64,000 nt of DNA from an uncultured Verrucomicrobiae bacterium (GTDB lineage: Bacteria; Verrucomicrobiota; Verrucomicrobiia; Limisphaerales; AAA164-E04), in contig OX638380.1 in NCBI GenBank assembly GCA_951813855.1, positions 2,370,876 through 2,434,875 of the forward strand, given 5' to 3'. How positions within the stretch are numbered: position 1 is the stretch's first letter; every line of letters starts with the position of its first letter. A program made the translations under genes and the position numbers. Of this stretch, positions 42,456 to 53,083 are shown in pieces. A model generated the notes under the pieces. It searched no databases and was not told where the DNA came from. It saw nothing but the letters and a program-made list of their open reading frames with translations.

Positions 42456-44370
42456 CTAGAGGCCCGTGTCACCGATTTCGGGCCATATTCGCTTTTTCCC
42501 TTCACCAGAGAGACGAAACTTTATCGCCTTCGAAATGGGAAAACAAAGCTGACTTTTTCACTCTCTGGTCGTTATTGGTTCCTCAGGGACGCCAAAATCA
42601 ACCTCAAGCTGGTGACCGTTCGATTGGTGAAGAGCCGTGAGCGAAGACGCTGGGATTCGCTGAGGGATCAGAACCATAGCTTGGGTTTCAAAGGCTTTGC
42701 CGGATGCGGTCTGCGTTAGGTTGCCGAGTACCAAGGCCGGTGGTTGGCTTTAGCCGGCTGGCAAAGCGGAGTGTTCAAGTGTCACCCGGGAGATCAGTGG
42801 CTCGGGTGGAAAACTCGAGAGCAGTTTCGTCGGCTGCATTTGATTGCCAACAAGACCCGATTCCTCCTGCTTGCCGAGCGAGGCGAAGTGTGCCATTTGG
42901 GGAAGTTGCGTCATGGCCAAAATGCTGCGCAGGCTGAACGCCGATTGGCAACGGACCTGGGGTCATCCGTTGGAATTGGCTGAAACTTTCGTCGATATTC
43001 GACACTTCGCGGGCACGATCTATCGCGCGGGGAATTGGCAGGCGGCAGGGCGATCGCAAGGCTACGCTCGCGGCAACGGACGCTATACCGCCCGGCATAA
43101 TAAGCGGAAGGAAAGGTACGTTTATCCCTTGCGTCCCCAAGCCTGTTCCCGATTAAGGAACGGTCAGGACGATCCGTCTTGGGGCCCCCAGGTGCAACGG
43201 GTAGAAACGTCCCCGAAACGGTTGAAATCATTGGTGCAACTGCTAGCGGAAATACCCGATTTTAGCCGGGCCCAAAGACGCAAACATCGGCTGGAAATGG
43301 TCCTCGCTATCGGCATCTTAGCTCGCTTAGCCGGCAAGGTCGACCCTTTGGCGACTTCGCGTTACGCTCAAAAAATGACGCAAAACCAATTGCGAACTCT
43401 CGGGGCGTGGCGCCACGCCAAGGGCCGTTACGTGGCTCCGTCTCTCGCGACAATTCACCGGGTCATGACCGAGACGGACCCGGAAGCTTTGCAACCGGTA
43501 ACTCACCGCTGGGTAACGGCTCAATTGACTCGACAACCCTTGGAAGCCTTAGCTGCTGACGGGAAGCGGATCAACGAAGCTAATCGCAACAGCAAAGAAC
43601 ATTTCGAGACCGTCATCCTCGGGTGCCATCATGATGCGGTGCCCGTCGCCGTTCGCAGTTGCCGAGATCAAGGCGGCGATGGCGGCTCTCTTGGAGGATG
43701 TCGATATCCGGGGAGCCGTCATTACGATCGATGCGCTCCATACTAACCGAGTCATGGCCGACGCCATCGTGTTGACTAACGGAGCCCATTTTCTCTTCAC
43801 GGTTAAAGAGAACAACCCCGAACTCTCTCAATTTTTGACCAGCCTGGATTGGGATCGAGTGGCCCAATACCGGTTCACCGAAAACCCGGAGAAAGGACAT
43901 GGCCGCATCGATCAACGGAGCATTCAAACCGATGAACCACTTCCCGGAGCCGTCACATTACCGCATGTCCTCCAAGTCTTTCGGATCCTTCGACACCGCC
44001 ATCATTGGAACGGTGGGCCCGTGACCGTGGAATCTGCTTGCGGCGTCACTTCGTTGCCTCCGGAGGCTGCCGACGCTCAACGATTGTTGTCACTCAATCG
44101 GGGACATTGGACGGTTGAAAACGGCAATCACCGCCGTCGCGGCGGGATCTTCGGCGAAGATGATTGTCTCATGCGAACTCGCCATGGGCCGACGAACAAT
44201 GCCCTCTTCAACAACCTGGCCTTGGCGATCATTCTCCAGTCGGGATACCCTAATTTGGCCGAAGCTGCTGACGATTTTCAGACGAATCGGTACCAAGGGT
44301 TGCGAGCCGTCACGAAAACCACCCCGTTTAAACGTCCGAAAAAAAGCTGAACCGACTTTCCTGATTACCG
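42456..44370 (+). mobile_element. DUF4338 (DruA-like)-ISAs1 element, copy 2 (degraded, nearly full length)
   Basis: Co-linear with 3716..5281 and continues to the ISAs1 C-terminus RGHWTVENGNH...EDD. TAG at 42717 plus frameshifts. Ends not resolved. Confidence 0.85.
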
Positions 44371-44567
44371 ACGCTTCCTCCCGGCTGATTCGGTCGGCGA
44401 ATTGATCGTTTGACCAATACTCGCACCGGTTTAGTCTCCTATCCGGTTGAAACTCGTCTCAATCGGCAATCGCCGTCTAGCTCGAAGAATAATTCGCAAC
44501 CAGTTTTTCCAACGAATCTAAAAACTCCGCTCGACACTTAAAAAAAACGATCGTCGATCAAGAATTA

Positions 44568-45425
44568 TTAGCATGAAAAAGTCCTGGAAAGCCACCGGCG
44601 CACGGTTGCTTTGACGAGCGCCTGTTCTCCCTCCAGCACTACGGGATCTGCGGGATCCCATTCGACCATGAGCTCGTCCTTCGCCAAATTATCGACGATC
44701 TGCAACGCGAAAAACTGATCCGGATCGCCGACCATTTTTTCCATGACGAGCGGCAATACGCCCAGCCCCAAAGCGATGAGATCGGCAAACTCCCAGGATT
44801 TGGCCCGGTCTAGCGGAATCGAGCTCATCGCCACGACCGGATCGTCCCAAGATTTCTTCCAAGGTTCGTATGCCGACTTGAAGCCTTCCCCGATTTCTTC
44901 CGGAACCTCGGCCGCCCGTTCCTTGACGAGCTTCCGTTCTTCCTCCGTGAACGGTCGGGACAATTCCTTTCTCGCTCGTTTGGATTTGCCGCCCCCGTCC
45001 GCCGCGCGAGCGGCGCGTTTCTTTGCGAAGTAGCCGCGAATTTTACCGTAGGTTCCGTCCTCCATCTCCTCGAGATCGTGTCGAATACGCAACCACTGGC
45101 CGCACTTGCTTTCCCAACGAGACCCGTAACCGGGGCCGCTAATGGAACCGTGCTTCAAGCCGCCCTCGTCGGTGCCCAGTCCCGACAGTTTTCCCACGGG
45201 TATCGGATAATTGCCGTGCTCGCGATAGAATCGCTCGAAGTCCTCCTGGGTCACGGCCTTGTGGCCCCAAGGCCAGATCCAGCGATCGGAATAACCGAGG
45301 GTCCAAGCCAGCCCGTTGTACTTGACGGATTGCTCGCCGCTCACGAGAACCTTGTCAACGGCCATCCTGGGCCAATTCCTCAAAGCGATTTGCCTTTCCG
45401 AATCAGAGAGCGGCCTAGCGAACAT
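44568..45425 (-). CDS. Two-domain hypothetical protein; the N-domain resembles YNCxAW papain-like/DUF7689-type folds but has Gly in place of Cys
   Basis: KYNGLAWT...RWIWP...KHG...WESKCG...RIRH...YG pattern, followed by a helical C-domain WKKSW...LIALG...FFAL. Confidence 0.6.
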   Translation of the reverse strand: MFARPLSDSERQIALRNWPRMAVDKVLVSGEQSVKYNGLAWTLGYSDRWIWPWGHKAVTQEDFERFYREHGNYPIPVGKLSGLGTDEGGLKHGSISGPGYGSRWESKCGQWLRIRHDLEEMEDGTYGKIRGYFAKKRAARAADGGGKSKRARKELSRPFTEEERKLVKERAAEVPEEIGEGFKSAYEPWKKSWDDPVVAMSSIPLDRAKSWEFADLIALGLGVLPLVMEKMVGDPDQFFALQIVDNLAKDELMVEWDPADPVVLEGEQALVKATVRRWLSRTFSC

Positions 45426-45431
45426 AGGCGG

Positions 45432-45459
45432 ATGCTATTAACGGCCCCAGTAAAGTCAA
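45432..45459 (-). promoter_or_regulatory. Sigma70-type promoter implying a leaderless transcript of 44568..45425
   Basis: TTGACT (45454..45459), 16 bp, TAGCAT (45432..45437), then 6 nt to the ATG. No SD sequence. Confidence 0.5.
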
Positions 45460-47614
45460 GTCACGCCCTCCGGAATAAAACGCAACCCGGAACCGATGTT
45501 CTGCCGACCGCATTACGGAACCGGAGCTCCACGGAAAAAGGCGGTCTCCGAGTCGGCTAACGCCTCGGGGATCCGAAACACGACCGACACGCCGTTCCCG
45601 TTCCCACGAATTCGCCCCTCTTGCAACAATGCTCCGTCAACCGCGATATAGTCGGTGATCGGTAACGGAGTCCAAGGCATTCCTTCCAATTCGGTGGCAT
45701 AAAGCACCTGATACGCCATTCCCTCGACGGTGGCCAGCCAGGGAATGACGATCCGTTCTCCCACCTTGATTTGATCGAATCGCTTGCTCAACGCCAAGGT
45801 CATGGGTTGAGGAGTGACCGTCAGCCCTTCGTCCGATTTCGTCACCGTATAGGGCCGGCGGGAAAACACGGCGTCCAATCCGGCACGCGAACCGTAGATT
45901 CGGTCGATTTTCACGTTGGCGACGTCGATCTCCCGAAATTCGCCGGTCAGCGAATCGGCATCGGCGACCATCACCAAATAACCGTGAACGTAGGAGTTCA
46001 AGTAACTCAAGTCCCGTGAGTTATAAACTATCCACCGATCGATTTGCTCCAGGAATTCTTCCTTGCCGTTGAACTCGAACTGGATCGAGGGATCGTTAAA
46101 GGCCGCTCGATACCCGGGAGCCGTCAAATTTTCGATTACTCCGAGGCCTCGACTAAACTCATTGCGAAAAGCGCTGGAAGACGTCGAAGGCACGGTGAAA
46201 TCGATCACCCGTTTTCCGTTCTCCGCCAGGTTCTCTCCCAGCATTGACGCGTGAATGTCGCCGGAAACGATGACCGCGTCGAACTCGGCGAAACTATCGA
46301 TCATTCCTTGGCGAGCGGTCGGGAAGCCCGAGAGCTCGTCGGCGTTGACCAGCACTTCCGCCGCCAACGACTCGGGAATTCCTTGAGGGACGACCCGATC
46401 CGGTGTACGCTCCCCCTTGATCGTTCCCGTGGCGAGTTGTTTGGCCCCTTCAGGCGCATCGCTCAAATTCAACAGGATCGGCGTATACGGCGACGAACTC
46501 GCGACCACTCGCCATGCGTTTCCGGCCTGCCGGGAAATTTCCAGGGCCTCCTGCAAAAACCCTTGCTGCGACTGATCGTAAAAGGCCTGATCCCGACCCA
46601 ATTCGCCTTTGGAAAACTGATAGGCCTGATACTGATATCCGGCATAGATTTGAAACAGGGAATTGACCACCTGATAACGCGATCCCAAGTCCGTGAAATT
46701 CTGAGCTTTACCGAAGAGATAATAAGAGATGCCTCGTTTCATCTCCGCCAACTGGTCGGCGGCGAAAGGCGCCGGAAAGCCCGCCGCGGTAAATAAATTA
46801 TTGACCCAAGAGGCCGACAGATTTCCCTGAACCGCCGAATCGGCGTATGCTTGAGGGGTGACCGCCGGAGCTTGACCTTCCGGCAACAAAGCCAACTCGG
46901 CCGCTGTCTGCTGCGACACGATCGCCGTCAGGGCTTGTCTAAAATTCAGTCCTTCGAGGGGCGTGTCGGCGAAAACCGGCTGAGGCAGTTGACTTCCCGA
47001 AGCCGGCTGTCCGAAATAGGACCGTTCCGCAGCGACGTCGAAATAGGGATCGAATAAACCGCGCAACTGATCGAACCCTCCCGGCCCCACAGCGAGGTTG
47101 ACCAACTGCTTCGCGAGGAACTCGTCAATAACGATCGTCCCGGGAAAGGCGTCTTCCTCCAGGATGTGATCGGGACGATGCGTGCGATTGTCCGTGAGAA
47201 TCAGGTCCAGGTTCCGTCCGAAATTAAGCGACCGGTAAATCCGGGTATGAGGATAAAGATGCTCGTCGCCGAGAGCCGGTCCCGTCCCGGCTTCGTTCAG
47301 ACCGATATCCGCGGGGATGTATTCCATCCAGGCCCGTTCCGCGTTCCGCTTTCTCGCGACATCCTCCTCGTCCGCCCGGTCGTCGAAATAAGTGGCGACG
47401 CTCCCGTAATGATCGTCGGAAAATTCATGATCGTCCCAGATCACGACCCAGGGAAACAATTCGTGGGCCCGTATCAGAACGGGGTCACTACGATAAACGC
47501 GATACAAGTCGCGATAATTCGACAACGACCGGGCGGCGTAGAATCCGTCGAATCGAATCGCTTCCTCTGGGCGATCGAAAACTACGGCCCGATTGTCGGT
47601 TACCGTCTGAAAGG

Positions 47615-49639
47615 GTAACTGCCTAGGTACCTGATCCTCCCATTTTTCCAGTAAAAGCGACAGTTTTAAACTGTGGGGCCCGATCGAAGGCCTCGAAATC
47701 AACCGATTAACAGTTTATCGGCCAACTCTTCTGGGGCAAGACGCAAGGTCGAGATGACATCCCATCCCTGCTTTTCGGCAGTGCTGATCACCCCGCGAAG
47801 GACGGCGAAGTCGGCGGCGCCTTGCTGTGAACGAAAGCAACCGGAGATCTTCATGACTAATTTCATCATCCTTGAATCGCGCTCCGCCAGGTTATTCGTG
47901 AAGGGAATGGCCCAGTCGAACACGAACCTGAGCGAGTCTTCTCGATTCCGTTGCAACCGTTCCGCCAGATTATGACCGGTACGTTTTCTTCGGCGGCCCC
48001 GCTTGCCAGACGGCAACGGCGGTAACTCCTGGTGATACTGAATCGCCTCGTTCAAGATGTCGTCATAACGTTGGTAGATCGTTTCCCGCAAGTCTTTCGC
48101 CAGCTCGGGTGACCCGCGATTTTGATGAGTCGAATCACGCCGTTTCGCTCGCCGAACAAATCGCTCCAGAACTAATAAATACCACAACATCTTTCCCGCC
48201 CACTCCTCCTGTTGTTCCTTGGCGGCTTGTAACTCCCGCAGATGATGAGCATGGCAGTATCCGTGGATCAATGCTTCCATTTTGGGATAAGACGCAAAAC
48301 TGTCGTGCACCACCCGCCCGGTCAGATCGCCGAACATTTCACCGCGACCCTCGGCGACGCGTAAGCTCGTCGTCTTTTCGGTGCTCATGACGTGTAACCA
48401 CTGCGTTTTGCCTTCGATTCGTAAACCCGTCCCGTCCAAATGTTTGGGGGCCTCTCCTTGAGCTGCTTGACGTTGTAACGCTGGAGCAAGCGGTCGCACT
48501 TCCTCGGCTTGGCGCCGACAGATGGTCGCGACGGTGGCCGAAGACATGTTGACTCCTGAGAGCACCTTCAGAATCTCCACGATCCGCCGCTCCGGGATCA
48601 AGTGCTTGATCCGCAGATAAACGACGTGCGCCGACAAGTTCGGCCCGAATTGGACGGGACCGTCGACTCCGGCAGGAAACGTGGCCCGGACCAGCCGGCC
48701 GCAATGGGAGCAAGAACAACGATGCGCCCGATACTCAGTCGTCTTGATTGTGCGACTGGGGACTTCTTGATCCACGAGCTGTCGAACTTGAATTTCCGGG
48801 TGCCACTCGGCAGTTTCATCGATCGCTTCCCCGCAATGGGGACAGACCGTGGGATACAATTCCTGAACGGAGTCCGGCTGGGAAGTTTGCCTCATCGTTC
48901 GCCCCTGATGACCGGGTTGTCCTCCCGAGGACTTTTTCTCGCAGTCACGCCGAGGACGACCGTTGGCGGTCGAGTTCTCTTTCTTGAAACCGTCGCTGGA
49001 AGGCGATCTGCTGCTATTGCGACTATTCTGTGCTAACTGCCGGCGACATTCCTTGACTTGCTCGGTTAACTCGTTGATGCGACCCCGTAGTTTGGCCACT
49101 AACTCGCTCTCGCCGACCGCGGCCGCCGTTTCGGCGGCACTTCCCTCCGTAGCGTTTTCCCCCGTCTCCGATTCGATGGCCGGCGAATTTTGGGGGCCGG
49201 ATTGACGGGGTAGTTGTTCCTCCAGGATCGGCTCGGCTGGATTGCCTTCGGCCTCGTGAGAGCCCCGCTTTTCGAGTTCGGCCAGCCGGGCTTCAAGTTG
49301 CTGAATCTGTCCCTGATCGGCTTGACGTTCGATTCGTAACTCGGCAATGAGAGCTCGAGAACTCTCCAGCTGCGATTGAGATAGCTGATACTTGGCCTGG
49401 GATTGCTGGAGCTGAGCTCGAGTGGCTTGTAACTGACCTTGAGACTCCTCCCACCGAGCTTGTAACCCAGAACACAGTTCGTGATCGGTGAAACCGTTGC
49501 GGTTTCCCGAAGCTTGGCACGTCTCCAAATTGCAGGAAGTCAACTTCAAGCGACTTGCAGAATCCTCAGTCTAAACAGACTGTAGCACGAAAATAACTCG
49601 AAGTCAAAAAAAAGGGGTTTCGAGCACCTAGGCAGTTAC
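47615..49639 (-). mobile_element. IS66-family element, single-ORF (ISBst12-like) type
   Basis: TIRs GTAACTGCCTAGGT and ACCTAGGCAGTTAC. 8-bp TSD CTGAAAGG at 47607..47614 and 49640..49647. No tnpA or tnpB genes. Confidence 0.95.
47699..49549 (-). CDS. IS66 transposase (TnpC type), intact, with a long Gln-rich coiled-coil N-terminus
   Basis: NSRNSSRSPSSD, GGQPGHQG, CPHC...CSHC, HLDGTG, VHDSF, CHAHHLREL and FTNNLAERDSR motifs. Confidence 0.93.
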   Translation of the reverse strand: MKLTSCNLETCQASGNRNGFTDHELCSGLQARWEESQGQLQATRAQLQQSQAKYQLSQSQLESSRALIAELRIERQADQGQIQQLEARLAELEKRGSHEAEGNPAEPILEEQLPRQSGPQNSPAIESETGENATEGSAAETAAAVGESELVAKLRGRINELTEQVKECRRQLAQNSRNSSRSPSSDGFKKENSTANGRPRRDCEKKSSGGQPGHQGRTMRQTSQPDSVQELYPTVCPHCGEAIDETAEWHPEIQVRQLVDQEVPSRTIKTTEYRAHRCSCSHCGRLVRATFPAGVDGPVQFGPNLSAHVVYLRIKHLIPERRIVEILKVLSGVNMSSATVATICRRQAEEVRPLAPALQRQAAQGEAPKHLDGTGLRIEGKTQWLHVMSTEKTTSLRVAEGRGEMFGDLTGRVVHDSFASYPKMEALIHGYCHAHHLRELQAAKEQQEEWAGKMLWYLLVLERFVRRAKRRDSTHQNRGSPELAKDLRETIYQRYDDILNEAIQYHQELPPLPSGKRGRRRKRTGHNLAERLQRNREDSLRFVFDWAIPFTNNLAERDSRMMKLVMKISGCFRSQQGAADFAVLRGVISTAEKQGWDVISTLRLAPEELADKLLIG

Positions 49640-50342
49640 CTGAAAGGAAAGATCGGGCGTGGTTTCGTAAATATAATCTCCCAAATGCAGCACGAAATTC
49701 AGCTCGTCGGCCTCCTGGTCGACGAGGTGCCACAAGGTATTATAGTACCGGCCGCTGTAATCGGAGCAGTTGAATACTCCGAAGCGCACGGTCGCCGACT
49801 CGTCGGGAGCCGGCGCCGTCCTCGTTCGGCCTATCGCCGACATATGGATGGTGTCCAAGACGTGGTAGGTGAATTGGTAATAATAAAACCGGTTCGGCTC
49901 CAAACCCGTCACCCGCACTTTGACGCACCCGTCGTTGGCCTGCCGGGCTACCACCGGCGCTCCCCGGTAATGGTTATCTCCCGACAGAGGCAGAAATTCC
50001 AACGTGCCGACGGGTTCTCGAGAACCCTCCGAAGTAACGAACAATCCCAGTTCCCGGTCGCCTTCGTCGCCGGTTTCGGGAACCAGTCGAGTCCAAAGCA
50101 CGACCGAAGAATGCGTCGGGTCGCCGGAAGCGACCGATTGCGGAAAAAACGCCGTTCCTTCGGCCCGGCCGAAATAACCGCAAGCCGACAGAAAAACCAC
50201 CAAGCCCAAAAGACGCGCAAAGAAGATCATTATCAACGGCTATTTCTCGAAAAGAACGGACAGACGAACGATTCCGATCCGGCCGGCTCCCCGCTCACGC
50301 CACTCCCAGCCCGGCCGGCGTCTTTGGCGTCGACGGACAAGC

Positions 50343-53006
50343 TCAAGAGTCGGACTCTTTGACTATCGCCTTTAGCGGCTCGGAACCCGGAGGATTCGGG
50401 TTTTCGACCTTCGGCCCTTCCGAAGGTTTCGAACCCGACTCGGATGACTCGGGTCCTCGGGGAATGTCCGCAACCGGCAAGCCGGCGGCTAACGGTTCCA
50501 ACGTTTTTTTCACGGGTTCCCCGGGGACACCGCCGCTTGACTCCTCCGCCCGGCCCGGTTCGGGTTTCTCGGTCTCGAGGGGCGGAGCCTCCACAACCGG
50601 CGCGACGACAGAAGCCGCTACCGCCTCGCTGGACGCCAGCGGCGTCACGACCGGTTTCGGTCCGTCGGTCGTCGCCAGCTTTTCCCTCGCGGCCTCCGCT
50701 CCCGATGCTTTCTCGACCGGACGAACCGGCCACGAACGCGGCGCCATTCCCACCCGGCCGCAATAAGGCAAAATCCAAAGGCTGAAGGCGCCGGACGACG
50801 ATTCGATTACCTGATACCCGCGAGCCAAGCGAGCGGAGCGCAGATACTTCTCACGCAAGTCGAACATGGCCTGTTCCAATTCGGCGATCGATCCTTTGAG
50901 GTCCTCCATCGCCGAAGCGATGCGATCGTTGGCTTGAATGCGGGATTCCAGTTGCTGGCGATTCTCTTCGAGTTCGTCGGAGCGACTCTGGAGCAAAACG
51001 ATGAATTCCTGTTGAAACCGATCGATGTACACCTGCAGATAATCCTTGGCGCACTGGATCATCATCCCGGGAAACAGCTTGTCCAGATGACTCCTGACGC
51101 ATGCGGCCATCATCTCCCGGCCTTCGGTATGAAACCGTTTGAGTTTCTTGCCGACCGCAATTTCGTTGGCCGGCTCCGGCGCCCCGAGCAGCCGACGGCG
51201 AATCTTGGATTGGGAACGAAAAAGAATACGATCCCAGAACGTGCGGGCGATCGGCAATTCCTCGCAGTTGAAGTGAATCAGGCATTCCGGAACTTTCGGA
51301 GACCCTTCGAACGCCGATACCGATTTTTTGTAAACCTCGCGGAGGGAAAGCCGCACTCGATCCAACGCGATAACCAATTCCGGAATCGGCAAGGCGCCGC
51401 CTGAACTGGTGTTGACCGCCGATTGCACCGAGTCTTTCACCTTCTCACCGATCCGGCGGCGCAAATCTTCCATGGCTCGCCGCCAAATATGATTGATCAA
51501 TTCGTCGAGGCTCTCGGTATTTTCGAACCAGTTGTCGATCCCGGACAACAAGGACTTCTCCATATCCCGGCGGATAATCTCACCGTAACCGGTGATCTCT
51601 TTTCGAATCCGCTCGGCGATATCGCCGAACGCCTTGCTCCAATCGAACTCGTTGAGTTCCCGAGCGGCGTCCGACTGAGCGACCACCTCCAAGGCATCGG
51701 CTCGCAATCGTTGCTGTTGCGATTCGAACAGCGTCAACGAGTCGTTGGAACAGTGACGCAACATCTCTTCGCGAAGCGCGTCGCCTTGGCGAAAACTGTC
51801 GTTCATCAACTCGAACAGATAATCGCTGCTGTTGAGATACTCGGTCAGGTCATCCAGGAAGGCGCGGAAATCTTCCGGACGATCGTATCGGGGATCTCCG
51901 GCTTTCGGCGGTTCCCCGGCCGGTTCCGAATCCGGCTCCCCGGAATCCTTCGCCGACTCGGATTTCCCGGCGCCCCCGGCCGCTCCCTCGGCGGCCTCGG
52001 CCGGCGCCGGTGGCGGCGGCGGCTTCTGGTTCTGGGCTTCGTCTTTGGCGGCCGATTCGCTCTGGACTATCCCGCTGGCTTGCAAATGACGCGAAGCGGC
52101 GTTGAGCAAATCGATGGGATAGATTTTAAGCCGGCCCTCCTTGGCGGCTTTCCTCAAAGCCGCACTCATGCTCAACAACTGGAAAGCGTCGATGATCTTT
52201 TGGGGTTCCTTGCTTTCCAGACTCGGCTTGAGACTTCCGTCCGGTCGAAGGTCGCGCTTGGACGAATCGATGTTGACCACCAAGAACACCCGGCTGAACA
52301 GCCCGAGCAAATCGTTGAATTCCTGGAACACCTGCTCCAGAAACAGGTTGTCGGTCTTGACTACGAAAACCGCGCAAGCGGCGCTGTCGCGGAATTCCCG
52401 AGTCATGAGGTCGTATCCGAACTTCATGCGGCTGTACAGGCCAGGGGTATCAACCAGCACCGTGCCGGAATCGTTCAGCTCTTCAGCCTCGATATCGATA
52501 TCGATCCGCCGGATGGCCTCCGGATAATCCAGTCCCGGGTCAAATTCCCTCCCCTTTTCCTCTACCCGGCGGATCCGGTCGGCCAGATTCGAATGCGAAT
52601 CCTTGATGAGAACTTCCATGACGTTCTTGTCCTCGGTCGCCGTTTCTCGGCCGTTGTACCGGATCAACTTGATGGACGGCCTGAGACCGTGGCGGACGTA
52701 GACCAGGCACGGATAGGCCGGAAGCGAAGTCACTTCGCTGACGTAAGCCCCGCTAACGGCGTTCATCAGTGTCGACTTGCCGCTCTTGAGCGGCCCGAAA
52801 ATCAACAAATAAGCCTGTTGCCCCTCGACCTTGTCGATCAGGGACTTGAGCCGATGCTTCACTTCATTGAATCCCGCCAGATTCAAGCGCAAAACGTCTT
52901 CTTTCGAATCCTCCTGAATCTGATCGACCACGACATCCAGAGCCGCTCCGGCCGGGATCAGGACGCGGGAATACTCTCTACAAAAATCCGAGATCTCTGT
53001 CTTCAT
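50343..53006 (-). CDS. Bacterial dynamin-like GTPase
   Basis: G1 GPLKSGKSTLMN, G2 T in VTSLP, G3 DTPG, G4-like VNIDS, long helical stalk regions, and Pro/Glu-rich low-complexity insert and tail. Confidence 0.85.
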   Translation of the reverse strand: MKTEISDFCREYSRVLIPAGAALDVVVDQIQEDSKEDVLRLNLAGFNEVKHRLKSLIDKVEGQQAYLLIFGPLKSGKSTLMNAVSGAYVSEVTSLPAYPCLVYVRHGLRPSIKLIRYNGRETATEDKNVMEVLIKDSHSNLADRIRRVEEKGREFDPGLDYPEAIRRIDIDIEAEELNDSGTVLVDTPGLYSRMKFGYDLMTREFRDSAACAVFVVKTDNLFLEQVFQEFNDLLGLFSRVFLVVNIDSSKRDLRPDGSLKPSLESKEPQKIIDAFQLLSMSAALRKAAKEGRLKIYPIDLLNAASRHLQASGIVQSESAAKDEAQNQKPPPPPAPAEAAEGAAGGAGKSESAKDSGEPDSEPAGEPPKAGDPRYDRPEDFRAFLDDLTEYLNSSDYLFELMNDSFRQGDALREEMLRHCSNDSLTLFESQQQRLRADALEVVAQSDAARELNEFDWSKAFGDIAERIRKEITGYGEIIRRDMEKSLLSGIDNWFENTESLDELINHIWRRAMEDLRRRIGEKVKDSVQSAVNTSSGGALPIPELVIALDRVRLSLREVYKKSVSAFEGSPKVPECLIHFNCEELPIARTFWDRILFRSQSKIRRRLLGAPEPANEIAVGKKLKRFHTEGREMMAACVRSHLDKLFPGMMIQCAKDYLQVYIDRFQQEFIVLLQSRSDELEENRQQLESRIQANDRIASAMEDLKGSIAELEQAMFDLREKYLRSARLARGYQVIESSSGAFSLWILPYCGRVGMAPRSWPVRPVEKASGAEAAREKLATTDGPKPVVTPLASSEAVAASVVAPVVEAPPLETEKPEPGRAEESSGGVPGEPVKKTLEPLAAGLPVADIPRGPESSESGSKPSEGPKVENPNPPGSEPLKAIVKESDS

Positions 53007-53083
53007 CGCTCGCGTCTAGTTAAACTCCCTTCCCCTTCATATTGCAAAGCGAATCTTGAAAAAATCCATATTGCCCCGCTCCG

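Larger units (their letters stand above)
45513..50230 (-). pseudogene. phoD: Alkaline phosphatase D interrupted by IS66 (parts 50230..49640 and 47606..45513)
   Basis: FPQSVASGDP, VVLWTR, LHLGDYIYE | IWDDHEF, DNRTHR and SGDIHA motifs. Removing the IS and one TSD restores ...DLSFQ-TVTDNR... in frame, giving about 894 aa. Confidence 0.93.

Noticed and set aside
42430-44375. Terminal inverted repeats and TSD of the ISAs1 element
   Set aside because: Only a short CAGGA/TCCTG match was found, which is not enough to fix the ends.
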